DNA of 64,000 nucleotides from Patescibacteria group bacterium (GCA_038061995.1 JBBTYA010000004.1:15350-79349), one strand, 5' to 3'. Numbered from the stretch's first letter, positions 37,905 to 47,985 are shown. The notes: generated from the sequence alone by a model not told the origin. Numbers and translations: made by a program.

Positions 37905-38384
37905 ATGACCACGCAGGAAGCCACACTTCACAGGCTCGTAGATCCAACAAAGGTGCAGGTGTTTGTATTCACGTGCCCTGCGAATATTCCAACAAATATC
38001 GGTGCACATCCGTGGTTTGTTATTAATCGACAGGGCGCACTCTCGCGTTGGGAGGTACTTTTTCAAAAGAGAGCACGCTCCACACAGCACTGGGGCCACA
38101 TTTTTAAAGACGCTTTTCCTCCGTTTTCTGGCATCAGCATCTTTCCGCTTTTCTACTCCCCACGCTGGAATGCCACGCTTCTCGGAGTAATAGAAGGAGA
38201 AGCTGCAGAACTGCTAGCTCAACGTATAGAAAACTCACCAAGCGAATATCCATTCCGCGATGCGTACTTCATCCTTGGTCCTAATAGCAACACCTACGGA
38301 CAGTGGGCTTTGAACGCCCTTCCCACGAATTCAATTAAGCTTCCCTGGAACGCTTTTGGTAAAAACCACAAAGCTCGCGGCTAG
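37905..38384 (+). CDS. hypothetical protein
   Basis: 159-aa ORF downstream of an AT-rich promoter-like tract. Confidence 0.4.
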   Translation: MTTQEATLHRLVDPTKVQVFVFTCPANIPTNIGAHPWFVINRQGALSRWEVLFQKRARSTQHWGHIFKDAFPPFSGISIFPLFYSPRWNATLLGVIEGEAAELLAQRIENSPSEYPFRDAYFILGPNSNTYGQWALNALPTNSIKLPWNAFGKNHKARG

Positions 38385-39202
38385 AGTTCGCACAAATTCT
38401 CAAGCATGGCAGCAACCATAATCGGCCCCATGCCACCGGGCACGGGAGTAAGAAGATCAGCAAGCGGAGCAACCGATTTTACATCTACGTCCCCTGTCAC
38501 TTTTCCTTTCTGGAGTGCGTAGCCAAAATCAATCACTGTTGCACCTTCTTTGATCCACTTTTTAGTAATCAGTTTTGGTTTCCCTACACCTGAGACAATC
38601 AAGCTTGCACACGATGCAATTGCGGCAGGATCTTTTGTATTCTCGTCGATAAGGGCAACCACAGCGCCTTGCGCTTGAAGCCACCGTGCGATGGGATCGC
38701 CAACAAGCTGGCCGCCGCCCACAACGGCGCACTGCATACCAGGCAATACAACGCCGCGGAGCTCACATACTTCGCGCAGCGCACGCACTGTTGGAGGCAA
38801 CACCACAAGACCGGCAGGATCAGCGTGAAACATCGCGCGGCGCTGGGAAGTAAGTACATCAACGTCTTTACCTGGATCAATAAGGTCCATGTATGTGCTT
38901 GAATCCATGCCAGAAGGCAAGGGAAGTTCTAAAAAGATACCGGTCACCTCATCATCCACATTTAAGAACGCAATCGTCTCACGCAGACTTGTATCAGAAA
39001 CATCCTCAAGAATATAGGAAGAGAACAACATACCGCAGCGTTCTGCGGCTTTCTTTTTGATAGCAATGAATTTTTCGACCGCGGGGTCTTTCCCTACAGC
39101 CACAGCAGCGAGCATGGGAGCAACGCCCAACGCATCAACACGCACGCGAATGCGCTCATGCATGTGCTCTGCAATAATAGTGCCGTCAAGAATGGTTGCC
39201 AT
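38381..39202 (-). CDS. folD: bifunctional methylenetetrahydrofolate dehydrogenase/cyclohydrolase
   Basis: ILDG..., VVGRS-like Rossmann, GGVGPMT motif; start set at the internal Met (MATILDG). Confidence 0.85.
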   Translation of the reverse strand: MATILDGTIIAEHMHERIRVRVDALGVAPMLAAVAVGKDPAVEKFIAIKKKAAERCGMLFSSYILEDVSDTSLRETIAFLNVDDEVTGIFLELPLPSGMDSSTYMDLIDPGKDVDVLTSQRRAMFHADPAGLVVLPPTVRALREVCELRGVVLPGMQCAVVGGGQLVGDPIARWLQAQGAVVALIDENTKDPAAIASCASLIVSGVGKPKLITKKWIKEGATVIDFGYALQKGKVTGDVDVKSVAPLADLLTPVPGGMGPIMVAAMLENLCEL

Positions 39203-39869
39203 GGGCATGGGTTGCGTCGGTAATAAGAGAAAACGTGCGAAGCAGATCCTCCGGCTTTGCGGCTCCAACGCGTGCAATGCGTGGATGCGCCCCTGTAAGA
39301 TCAACGATGGTGGATGGTGCGGAAAAAGGGAGTGCGCCAACATCAACTACGATATCAGGTTTGAGACGAGAAAACGATTCAAGAATGCGTTCTACGTCAC
39401 GGAATGATTCTTGTCCTGAGATATTTGCGGACATCAGCGTCAGAGGATACCCAAAAGCATGAAGTACCGCGTCTACTACGGGAGCCGCCGCCGCGCAAAG
39501 AGCTACGGTGCCCGAGCCGGCCGTTACCACAGCGGGCACGATGTCTCGCGATTCGAGAATCACAGAAACGGGCCCTGGCCACACTGCTTTGAGAAAAGCC
39601 GATTGCCGAGTATTCACATATGCAAGCTCCTCTGCCCACCGATGGTCGCGCACTCCCACCGGCACAGGCTTTTGCTCTGGTCGCCCCTTAATGCGAAAAA
39701 CGTGGCGCACATCTTTTTCATTCAGCGCATTCGCGCACAATGCATAGAGCGTGTCCGCTGGGAGCATTGCCACGCCACCGCGCGAGAGTACCCACACCAC
39801 GCGCTGGATAATCTCTTCAGAAATAGTGTCCGTAGTACAACGAATAACTTCCATAGGATGAATAAACAC
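39186..39869 (-). CDS. tsaC: L-threonylcarbamoyladenylate synthase (YrdC/Sua5 family)
   Basis: YrdC fold motifs (LPADTLYAL, KGRPEQKP). Confidence 0.75.
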   Translation of the reverse strand: MFIHPMEVIRCTTDTISEEIIQRVVWVLSRGGVAMLPADTLYALCANALNEKDVRHVFRIKGRPEQKPVPVGVRDHRWAEELAYVNTRQSAFLKAVWPGPVSVILESRDIVPAVVTAGSGTVALCAAAAPVVDAVLHAFGYPLTLMSANISGQESFRDVERILESFSRLKPDIVVDVGALPFSAPSTIVDLTGAHPRIARVGAAKPEDLLRTFSLITDATHAHGNHS

Positions 39870-39906
39870 AACGAGGGCCCCATGGCCCTCGTGTTCTGCT
39901 CGGGCA

Positions 39907-40191
39907 TTACGCCGTCGCTGTTTTCTTCTTTGGCTTCCAGCTTTGTACCTTTTCGCGATCGATAATCTTGTGGTTGACGAGGAGGTTGTTTGCCGTTGCG
40001 CTCACAATTGCGCCTTTGGTCAGCCAGTATGCGATACGCTCCTGTTGCGTAGCGAGCTTTTTCGCGTGTGGATCATAGGTGCCCAAAAGCTCCTGGTACT
40101 CACCCTGGGGTTTCTTTGTGTGCTCGGTAAGAACGAGGCGGAAATACGCCTGCTTCTTCTTGCCAACACGTTGGAGACGGATCATTAACAT
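39907..40191 (-). CDS. rpsP: 30S ribosomal protein S16
   Basis: MLMIRLQRVGKKKQAYFRLVL. Confidence 0.9.
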   Translation of the reverse strand: MLMIRLQRVGKKKQAYFRLVLTEHTKKPQGEYQELLGTYDPHAKKLATQQERIAYWLTKGAIVSATANNLLVNHKIIDREKVQSWKPKKKTATA

Positions 40192-40544
40192 TGTGCGAAA
40201 TATACTAGCACAGACTCAAAAAAAGACAAGTGGGGCCCTTCGGTAATGACCTCTGCCTTTCGGGCACGCGTCGTGCGCCCCAGCGAGGCGCACGCGCTCC
40301 CTCTCACCCTCACTGCGCCCATAGGGCGCACCGTGCAGATTCGGGTTCCGAGAGGCCCTACAGCCAGAGGATCATTACCTACACACAGCTTTTCAGCATG
40401 AAAAGATATAGAGGCTCCTGAGACCATTCGGAGCCCGAGCGGGCAGGGTGTCTCCGTAAGGAGACGAGCGAGGGCGAGTGAGACCGCACAGTCCCGCTGG
40501 GACTGTGGCGGGAGTCGGAAGGGGCCTCTATTCTTTTCATGCCC
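40192..40544. ncRNA. candidate structured RNA in the rnc-rpsP intergenic region
   Basis: GC-rich 350 nt with many hairpins. Includes a long-range inverted repeat (CATGAAAAGATATAGAGGC at 40398 / GCCTCTATTCTTTTCATG at 40524) and a GNRA-capped stem GUCUCC-GUAA-GGAGAC. Identity is unresolved. Confidence 0.3.
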
Positions 40545-41276
40545 CTACTTTCCCCACTTTTTCTTTGCCAGGGCATCCTGCGCCGCGGCTTGTTGCGCAT
40601 CTTGTTTGGACGGCCCCTCCCCAACGCCGGTCTGTTCTCCGCTTAAGAATACTCCTACGCGGAAATGGCGTGCGTGATCAGGCCCCCACTCTTCAAGCAC
40701 TTCATAGGTAGGCGTCGCGCTCACGCGCTCTTGTGCCTCTTCTTGTAAGACGCTCTTTGGATCACGATATAAACGTTTTTCGATGATGTCAGGAAGCCGG
40801 CTAAGTACATGGGTTTTAATAACAGCAGCAGCCGGAGCATATCCTCCATCCAAATACACGGCGCCGATAAGGGCCTCCATAGCATTTGCCAAAATGTACT
40901 GCCGGGCGCGGCCAATATCTCTCGCCTCGCCCTTAGAAAGAAGCATGCACTCGTTCAGTGCTAAGTCGCTCGCAATAAGTGCCAACGTGTTTGCGTTCAC
41001 CAGGGCAGCGCGCCAGTTGGTAAGCTCTCCTTCTGGGTTGGGGTACGTTTGATAGAGGTGCTCCGTCACCACCAGCTCTAAGACGGCGTCGCCCAAAAAC
41101 TCAAGACGCTCGTTGTGATCGAGTGGCCACGAAGGATTTTCATTCAAATACGAACGGTGAGTAACCGCCTGCTGAAGGAGTTCTTTTTGTGCGAACGTGT
41201 GCCCAATAACCTCTTGAAGGCGGGCAAGGAGTGCGTCGTGTTCCATGCGAAGTGTGCGCATGGCAACAGAGAACAT
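40545..41276 (-). CDS. rnc: ribonuclease III
   Basis: ERLEFLGDAVL signature, dsRBD at the C-terminus. Confidence 0.9.
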   Translation of the reverse strand: MFSVAMRTLRMEHDALLARLQEVIGHTFAQKELLQQAVTHRSYLNENPSWPLDHNERLEFLGDAVLELVVTEHLYQTYPNPEGELTNWRAALVNANTLALIASDLALNECMLLSKGEARDIGRARQYILANAMEALIGAVYLDGGYAPAAAVIKTHVLSRLPDIIEKRLYRDPKSVLQEEAQERVSATPTYEVLEEWGPDHARHFRVGVFLSGEQTGVGEGPSKQDAQQAAAQDALAKKKWGK

Positions 41277-41289
41277 GACGATTCACAAC

Positions 41290-41814
41290 TTATGATTGTG
41301 CACTGTCATGCGCGCTGTCTGCCTCTGCGGTATCAGCGGAATCTGAAGGTTCTTTACTACCCTCATCACGGTGGGAAGCATCGTCTTTTCCTGGCTCCCC
41401 AATTTCACGATAGACCGTTCCCAATACACCATTTACAAATCTTCCCGAAGCCTCACCGCCGAATGATTTTGCTAGCTCGATTGCCTCATTGATTGCTACT
41501 TTCGGTGGCACTGCAGAGCGGTCTCCGAAGAGAAGTTCATACAGTCCGAGGCGAAGGATGTTTCGGTCAACAATCGCGATTTGATCGAGTGGCCACGCGG
41601 GCGCCGCTTTTTCAATAATCTGATCAACCGCTTCGCGATGCGCTAAAACGCCCTTGATGAGGTCGCGGACGAACTGTGCGTCGTCGAGTCCGGTCCCGAA
41701 CTCGACGAGATTCTTTTCAATAACGGCATTCAGCTTCTCCTCATTTTTGTCTCGGAAATCCCACTCGTAGAGTGTCTGCAGTGCGATCGATCGAGAGAGG
41801 TGTCGTGATGCCAT
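41290..41814 (-). CDS. nusB: transcription antitermination factor NusB with acidic C-terminal tail
   Basis: SRSIALQTLYEWDF...; NusB fold. Confidence 0.8.
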   Translation of the reverse strand: MASRHLSRSIALQTLYEWDFRDKNEEKLNAVIEKNLVEFGTGLDDAQFVRDLIKGVLAHREAVDQIIEKAAPAWPLDQIAIVDRNILRLGLYELLFGDRSAVPPKVAINEAIELAKSFGGEASGRFVNGVLGTVYREIGEPGKDDASHRDEGSKEPSDSADTAEADSAHDSAQS

Positions 41815-41823
41815 GCTTGAAAA

Positions 41824-42048
41824 CTAGGATGCGGTGCGCTGACGGGCCTTCTCCTGCTTGCGGAGCGCCTTGCCAACAACGTCCACTACCTGACGCCCCT
41901 TGTAATACCCACAGTATCTGCAGGTCGTGTGGGGGCGAATCATTTTTTTACAGTGTCCGCACGCGCTCAGCCCCGCTGGCTTTCGTGCCAGGTGACTGCG
42001 GCGGCGACCCTGTCGGCCTTTGGCCAAATGGTGTCGTGGTACTGCCAT
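41824..42048 (-). CDS. rpmF: 50S ribosomal protein L32
   Basis: MAVPRHHLAKGRQGRRRSH...C..C...C..CGYYKG zinc ribbon; start trimmed to MAVP. Confidence 0.7.
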   Translation of the reverse strand: MAVPRHHLAKGRQGRRRSHLARKPAGLSACGHCKKMIRPHTTCRYCGYYKGRQVVDVVGKALRKQEKARQRTAS

Positions 42049-42142
42049 ACGTGACGCCCAGAATACCACGGAAAGGTGCGCCCTGCAAGCATCGCCGGTT
42101 ATCCATTGCAGATGGCCTCCGGTCGGGCCACAATGGGGACGC

Positions 42143-45100
42143 ATGCGATTCACCCATTTACACACCCACTCGCACTACTCTCTCCTCGACGGCCTTTCCA
42201 AAGTAGACGCCATCGTTTCGCGTGTAAAAGAGGCTGGAATGGATTCTGTCGCCATTACTGACCACGGTGTTATGTATGGCGCTATCGAATTTTATAAAAA
42301 AGCAACGAAAGCCGGCGTGAAGCCAATCATCGGGTGCGAAATGTACATCACGAGCGGATCGCGACACGATAAACGTGCAGGCATCGATGATCAGCGCTAC
42401 CACCTCATTCTCCTTGCAGAAACAAACGAGGGCTACCAGAACCTCATGAAGCTCGTAACCGCAGCGCACCTTGAAGGCTTCTACTACAAGCCACGCATTG
42501 ATAAAGAAATTCTCCGCCAACACAGCAAGGGGCTGATCGGCCTTTCGGCATGCCTCGCCGGAGAAATCTCACGCGCGCTCACGGGCAACGACTACCCCGC
42601 TGCGTGCGCCAAAGCTCGTGAATACGAAGATATTTTTGGAAAAGGGAACTTCTTCATTGAGCTCCAACAGCACACCAGTATTCCCGATCAAAATATGGTG
42701 ACCCCGCAGCTTGTGCGCCTCGCACGAGAGCTGAATATCCCCATGGTCGCCACGCAAGACTCTCACTACACCCACCACCACGACCAAGAGGCGCACGATA
42801 TTCTCCTCGCGGTGCAGACAGGAAATAAGCTCGACGACAAAGATCGCTTCAGCATGAATCAGGATGACTTTTCTCTCCTCACCGTAGAGGAAATGCGAGA
42901 AAAATTCCTCCCCCTCGGCGAAGATGTTGTAGAGGAAGCATTTGAGAACACGGCAAAGATCGCAGATCGCTGTTCACTCACCATTGAAATCGGAAAAACC
43001 CAACTCCCCTCATTTCCACTTCCCGAAGGACAGACTGATACGTTCGCCTACCTTTCAGAACTCGTCGCGCAAGGGGTGCGCCGTCGCTTTGGCGAGACAG
43101 AACGCCCCGACGTCACTGAGCGCATTACCTATGAAATGGGGGTTATTAAAGAAACGGGCTTTGCTTCCTACTTCCTCATCGTCCAAGACTTCGTGAACTG
43201 GGCGAAACGCCAGGGCATTATTGTGGGGCCGGGCCGCGGCTCTGCCGCGGGGAGTCTCGTCGCCTACGTTTTACACATTACCAACATAGACCCCCTCCAC
43301 TATAACCTCCTCTTTGAGCGCTTCTTAAACCCCGCCCGCATCTCCATGCCTGATATTGACCTTGACTTCGCAGATCACCGACGCGACGAGGTCCTGCACT
43401 ATGTTTCCGAGAAGTACGGCAAAGATCACGTCGCGCAGATCATTACCTTCGGAACGATGGCTGCACGGGGCAGTATCCGCGACACCGGGCGCGCACTCGG
43501 CTTGAGCTACGATTTTTGCGATCGCGTCGCAAAGATGATCCCGTTTAATCCCAATGCTGGGGGCGACAAAACCGGTCAGCTCGCGAAAGCCCTAGAAAAT
43601 GTTGCGGAACTAAAAGAAGCATACGATAAAGATCCCGATATTAAGCGCCTCATTGATTCTGCCGCAAAGCTTGAGGGCGTCGCCCGCCATGCGTCTACGC
43701 ATGCATGCGCCGTGGTGATCTCGCCGAAGCCACTTACTGAATACCTTCCCCTCCAACAGGGCACCAACGAAGGCGATGTTATCACGCAGTATGAAATGCA
43801 CGCCGTCGAAGATCTCGGACTCTTGAAGATGGATTTCCTCGGCCTCGCGAACCTCACCATCATCGAGCACGCGCTCACCATGATTAAAGAACGGCATGGC
43901 GTCACTATAGATATAGACGCACTCCCGCTCGATGATGCAAAGGCATTTCGCCTCCTCCAAGAGGCGAAAACCACGGGAGTCTTCCAATTGGAGTCCGCTG
44001 GTATGAAGCGATATCTCAAGGAGCTGCGCCCCACCACCGTTGAAGATATTATCGCTATGTGTGCTCTGTACCGCCCGGGCCCGATGGACCTCATCCCCGA
44101 CTATATTAATCGAAAGCATGGACGAAGTAAGGTGGTATACCTCCACCCAGCCCTGGAGCCCATTCTCAAAAACACCTACGGCATTATGGTGTACCAGGAA
44201 CAGCTCATGGCCGCCGTACGTGCACTGGCAGGTTTCAGTCTTGCCGAAGCGGATATCATGAGAAAAGCAGTTGGTAAGAAGATTAAATCACTCCTCGACG
44301 AGCAGGAGGGCAAGTTTAAAGACGGGTGCGCACGCGTTGGCACTCCGAAAGATGTAGCAGACACATTCTGGGGCCTCGTTGAACCATTCAACCGCTACGC
44401 CTTCAATAGAAGTCATGCCGCGTGCTATGCGGTCATCGCGTATCAAACGGCATATCTGAAAGCGAACTTCCCCGCCGAATTCATGGCATCGTTCATGAAT
44501 AGTGAAACGGGAGATGTGGAGCGCATCGCATTTCTGATCGACGAATGCCGCTCGATGAAAATCGACGTCCTCCCTCCCGACGTCAATCAAAGTGGCGAAC
44601 GCTTCGCAGTTGTCTCCGATGCGCCACCCGCCATTCGCTTTGGGCTCACCGCTATCAAAAACGTTGGCGAGCATGCCGTGCAAGCGCTCATCACCGAGCG
44701 CACAGCGAACGGACCATTCACGAGTATTGCTGATTTCGTTACGCGCATTCCTTCCAAAGATCTCAATAAAAAATCTCTCGAGAGCCTTATTAAATCAGGC
44801 GCACTTGATGCATTTGGGGAACGCAGCGCCCTGTTGGCCAGCATGGATAATTTGCTAAGCTACGCACGCGAACACCAGAAGAACGCTTCCAGCGGGCAAA
44901 CGAGTCTCTTTGGCGAGCACACTGCGACAGCTCTACCGCCGGTGAGTTTAGCAAAAGCAGAGCCAGCAACGACGTGGTCACGTCTCTCATGGGAAAAAGA
45001 GCTCCTTGGTCTTTACGTTTCAGAGCATCCACTCGACTCATTTAAAACACAACTCGCACAGGAACGCGTCATTCCTATCAAAAACATCGTGCCACGCGTC

Positions 45101-45361
45101 ACGCACACATTTGCCATCGGGGGCATGGTGACTCGCGTGCAAAAGATTGTTACTAAAACAGGAAAACCGATGGCCTTTCTGGAGCTTGAAGACCTCACCG
45201 GAAAAATGGAGGCTGTGGTTTTTCCAACGGTGTTGGCAAAGTTTCAAGACATCTGTACTGAAAACCATATTCTCGTTGCACAAGGAAAGGTGAACGAACG
45301 CGACGGACGCGTTTCATTTCTCTGTGATTCATTAAAGTCACTCGCAGAGCTCGGAAAATAA
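42143..45361 (+). CDS. dnaE: DNA polymerase III alpha subunit
   Basis: PHP domain (HLHTHSHYSLLDG), polymerase core, OB fold; start at MRFTHLH. Confidence 0.95.
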   Translation: MRFTHLHTHSHYSLLDGLSKVDAIVSRVKEAGMDSVAITDHGVMYGAIEFYKKATKAGVKPIIGCEMYITSGSRHDKRAGIDDQRYHLILLAETNEGYQNLMKLVTAAHLEGFYYKPRIDKEILRQHSKGLIGLSACLAGEISRALTGNDYPAACAKAREYEDIFGKGNFFIELQQHTSIPDQNMVTPQLVRLARELNIPMVATQDSHYTHHHDQEAHDILLAVQTGNKLDDKDRFSMNQDDFSLLTVEEMREKFLPLGEDVVEEAFENTAKIADRCSLTIEIGKTQLPSFPLPEGQTDTFAYLSELVAQGVRRRFGETERPDVTERITYEMGVIKETGFASYFLIVQDFVNWAKRQGIIVGPGRGSAAGSLVAYVLHITNIDPLHYNLLFERFLNPARISMPDIDLDFADHRRDEVLHYVSEKYGKDHVAQIITFGTMAARGSIRDTGRALGLSYDFCDRVAKMIPFNPNAGGDKTGQLAKALENVAELKEAYDKDPDIKRLIDSAAKLEGVARHASTHACAVVISPKPLTEYLPLQQGTNEGDVITQYEMHAVEDLGLLKMDFLGLANLTIIEHALTMIKERHGVTIDIDALPLDDAKAFRLLQEAKTTGVFQLESAGMKRYLKELRPTTVEDIIAMCALYRPGPMDLIPDYINRKHGRSKVVYLHPALEPILKNTYGIMVYQEQLMAAVRALAGFSLAEADIMRKAVGKKIKSLLDEQEGKFKDGCARVGTPKDVADTFWGLVEPFNRYAFNRSHAACYAVIAYQTAYLKANFPAEFMASFMNSETGDVERIAFLIDECRSMKIDVLPPDVNQSGERFAVVSDAPPAIRFGLTAIKNVGEHAVQALITERTANGPFTSIADFVTRIPSKDLNKKSLESLIKSGALDAFGERSALLASMDNLLSYAREHQKNASSGQTSLFGEHTATALPPVSLAKAEPATTWSRLSWEKELLGLYVSEHPLDSFKTQLAQERVIPIKNIVPRVTHTFAIGGMVTRVQKIVTKTGKPMAFLELEDLTGKMEAVVFPTVLAKFQDICTENHILVAQGKVNERDGRVSFLCDSLKSLAELGK

Positions 45362-45394
45362 AAAGGCCGGCGACACCCTAAGGTATCTCCGGCC
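45352..45394 (-). terminator. rho-independent terminator (minus strand; overlaps the dnaE stop)
   Basis: GGCCGG...CCGGCC stem followed on the minus strand by TTTTTATTTT. Confidence 0.6.
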
Positions 45395-45419
45395 CGGAAA
45401 GAACTTGCGAGCGGCTCGA

Positions 45420-45635
45420 CTAGCAACCGCCCGCTGGGGACGCAACGTCCACCGAAGGCCCGGATGCCTTGACCCGTCGAGCCAAGGCATCGATGCCGTG
45501 CTTCCCGCGCAGCTTCACCAGCTCGCGACCGATGGTATCCATGGCCGCGACCGCATCGGGTGCGGTGCCACCTTCGACGAGATCGGATGCGAGGTCTCGC
45601 AGCTGATCTCGAACGTCCTGAAGCGTCAACTTCAT
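45420..45635 (-). CDS. small hypothetical protein (GC-rich accessory)
   Basis: 71 aa from the internal Met; GGAGG SD. Confidence 0.3.
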   Translation of the reverse strand: MKLTLQDVRDQLRDLASDLVEGGTAPDAVAAMDTIGRELVKLRGKHGIDALARRVKASGPSVDVASPAGGC

Positions 45636-45643
45636 GCCTCCTC

Positions 45644-45892
45644 CTATCCTAGACCAGCGATGGCAGTGAACCGAGCCGTCGCCTCCGGCACCAAGCGCAC
45701 GGAGCGCAGATGCACCGCGCACAGCCCGTGCGCCTCCCCGAACACCCTACGCTCCGCGGCAACCGACGCGGAATGCTCCTTCACGTGAAGCAGGCTCATG
45801 GCTTCTTCACGTGACGCACCCCGCTCCTGCAAGCCGCGTAGGAACTCCTCTTTCAGTTCGAGGAGTCGCTCCTCGAACGCCTTCACTCCCAT
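45644..45892 (-). CDS. small ribbon-helix-helix-like protein (GC-rich accessory)
   Basis: MGVKAFEERLLELKEEFLRGLQERGASREEAMSLL resembles CopG/RHH antitoxin N-termini; SD AAGGAGG. Confidence 0.3.
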   Translation of the reverse strand: MGVKAFEERLLELKEEFLRGLQERGASREEAMSLLHVKEHSASVAAERRVFGEAHGLCAVHLRSVRLVPEATARFTAIAGLG

Positions 45893-45995
45893 CACGCCTC
45901 CTTGGTGTAACGACGAGAGTAGCCATTATAATACAGTTTTCTAGATAAGTCAAAACCTTTCATTTGCCTACATTATTCGGTATTCTACAGAAACT

Positions 45996-47738
45996 ATGGC
46001 ACAGCAATTAGAACAAGTTCGACATTCACTCGCTCACCTATTAGCCGCGGCAGTACAGAAGCACTTCCCCGACGCGAAACGCACGCTTGGCCCCGCGATT
46101 GAGAACGGTTTTTACTATGACTTTCTCTTTCCCACACCCATTAGTGATCACGACCTAGAAAAAATCGAGCGCACCATGCGCGAGATTCTCCCGTCGTGGA
46201 CTTCTTTCGAGCACAAGGTGGTTAGTGAAGATGAGGCGCGTTCGGCATTTGTAGGAAACGAATTCAAACAGGAACTCATTGGCGACATCGTCGCAAAAGG
46301 TGAAAAGCTTACTCTCTATACGAGCGGCGGCTTCACCGATCTCTGCCGTGGCGGGCACGTAGAGAATCCAGCACACGATATCCCCGCCGATAGCTTCAAA
46401 CTTGAGAAACTTGCTGGCGCCTACTGGCGTGGCGATGAAACAAAAGCGCAGCTCACCCGCATCTACGGCCTTGCATTTGAATCAAAAGAAAAACTCGACG
46501 CCTATCTCACGATGGTTGAGGAGGCTAAGAAGCGCGACCACAAGATTCTCGGACCCGCGCTTGATCTCTTCACCTTCTCTGATCTCGTTGGCGCTGGCCT
46601 TCCCCTTTGGACACCAAAAGGAACCCTCCTACGCAATGTGCTCGACGATTTTGTGTGGTCACTCCGTGCCAAGCGCGGCTACATGAAGGTAGAGATTCCT
46701 CACATCACAAAGAAAGACCTCTACGTCACTTCGGGCCACTGGGAGAAATTTAAAGACGATCTTTTCCGCATCACCACACGCGAGAAGCACGAATTCGCCA
46801 TGAAGCCGATGAACTGCCCACACCACACGCAGATCTATGCACGCAAGCAGTGGAGCTATCGCGAGCTCCCTCAGCGCTATGCAAACACCACCATGTGCTA
46901 CCGCGATGAGCAGTCGGGCGAGCTCTCGGGCCTCTCCCGCGTCCGCAGCTTCGCGCAAGATGACGCTCACGTTTTTTGCCGCATGTCGCAAGCGCGTGAA
47001 GAGTTCTTGAAGGTCTGGGATATTGTTCATGAATTTTACACCCCGTTTGGTTTTGAACTCCGCGTACGCCTCTCGCGCCACGATCCCGCACAGCCAGAGA
47101 AATATCTTGGCGATCCGCAGCGCTGGGAAACCGCAGAGAGCATGTTGCAAGACATCATCGCAGAAAAGAAAGTTGATGCGATCGATGGCCTTGGCGAAGC
47201 AGCATTCTATGGACCGAAGCTCGACTTCCTCGCACAAGACTCTCTTGGTCGTGAGTGGCAAGTAGCCACCATTCAGCTCGACATGAACATGCCAGAGCGC
47301 TTTGACCTCACCTGCGTGAATGAAAAAGCAGAGAAAGAGCGCATCGTGATGATCCACGCCGCGATTATGGGCTCTATTGAGCGCTTTCTCTCCATTGCCA
47401 TCGAGCACTTTGCAGGAGCATTCCCACTCTGGCTCGCGCCCGTGCAGGTTGCTGTCCTCCCTATTTCAGAAAAACAGCTTGAATACGCACAAAGTGTTTC
47501 TACAAAACTTACAGAAGCAGGATTCCGCGTAGAACTGCGGGATGAAAACGAAAGTATTGGAAAAAAGATTCGCGCCGCAGAGATGATGAAGATTCCGTAT
47601 CTCCTTGTAGTTGGCGCAAAAGAAGCCGAGGCACAGGCCGTTGCAGTACGTCAGCGTGGCGCTGGCGATACAGGTGCAATCTCTCTTGATGCGTTTATCG
47701 AGAAAGCAAAAGGAGAAGTAGCGCAGAAATCACAGTAA
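45996..47738 (+). CDS. thrS: threonine--tRNA ligase (no TGS domain)
   Basis: HxxxH editing-domain motif at the N-terminus, class II motifs 1-3, anticodon-binding domain. Confidence 0.95.
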   Translation: MAQQLEQVRHSLAHLLAAAVQKHFPDAKRTLGPAIENGFYYDFLFPTPISDHDLEKIERTMREILPSWTSFEHKVVSEDEARSAFVGNEFKQELIGDIVAKGEKLTLYTSGGFTDLCRGGHVENPAHDIPADSFKLEKLAGAYWRGDETKAQLTRIYGLAFESKEKLDAYLTMVEEAKKRDHKILGPALDLFTFSDLVGAGLPLWTPKGTLLRNVLDDFVWSLRAKRGYMKVEIPHITKKDLYVTSGHWEKFKDDLFRITTREKHEFAMKPMNCPHHTQIYARKQWSYRELPQRYANTTMCYRDEQSGELSGLSRVRSFAQDDAHVFCRMSQAREEFLKVWDIVHEFYTPFGFELRVRLSRHDPAQPEKYLGDPQRWETAESMLQDIIAEKKVDAIDGLGEAAFYGPKLDFLAQDSLGREWQVATIQLDMNMPERFDLTCVNEKAEKERIVMIHAAIMGSIERFLSIAIEHFAGAFPLWLAPVQVAVLPISEKQLEYAQSVSTKLTEAGFRVELRDENESIGKKIRAAEMMKIPYLLVVGAKEAEAQAVAVRQRGAGDTGAISLDAFIEKAKGEVAQKSQ

Positions 47739-47859
47739 GAAAAAGGGGCTCGGGTGGAGAGGTTGATGGCGCAAGGCCTAGCAACATCACACGCACGAGC
47801 CCCGGGTTGTCGCGCTTGGGTCAAGGATTCTGGCATAATCCTCCCGACTCCCTTACGCC

Positions 47860-47889
47860 GTCCCCGCTCTAGGCGGGGACCTTTTTACG
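47860..47889 (+). terminator. rho-independent terminator
   Basis: GTCCCCGC-TCTA-GGCGGGGAC followed by CTTTTTACG. Confidence 0.7.
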
Positions 47890-47985
47890 AAAACAGCACG
47901 CTTACGAGGCCTCCCGCCTCGGGCGAGCACTGGCACCCTTGGTAGCCATTGCGCGTATATTATCATATAGTGTACACTCTGTCAA

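Noticed and set aside
40192-40544. tmRNA as the identity of the structured rnc-rpsP spacer
   Set aside because: No tRNA-like acceptor/T-arm ends and no tag-peptide reading frame ending in GCN GCN TAA were found.
42020-42142. N-terminal 41-codon extension of the dnaE ORF call
   Set aside because: It overlaps rpmF on the opposite strand, and the PHP-domain N-terminus begins at MRFTHLH.
45896-45995. Possible T-box leader upstream of thrS
   Set aside because: Only about 100 nt of AT-rich spacer, with no specifier or antiterminator architecture. More likely a simple promoter region.
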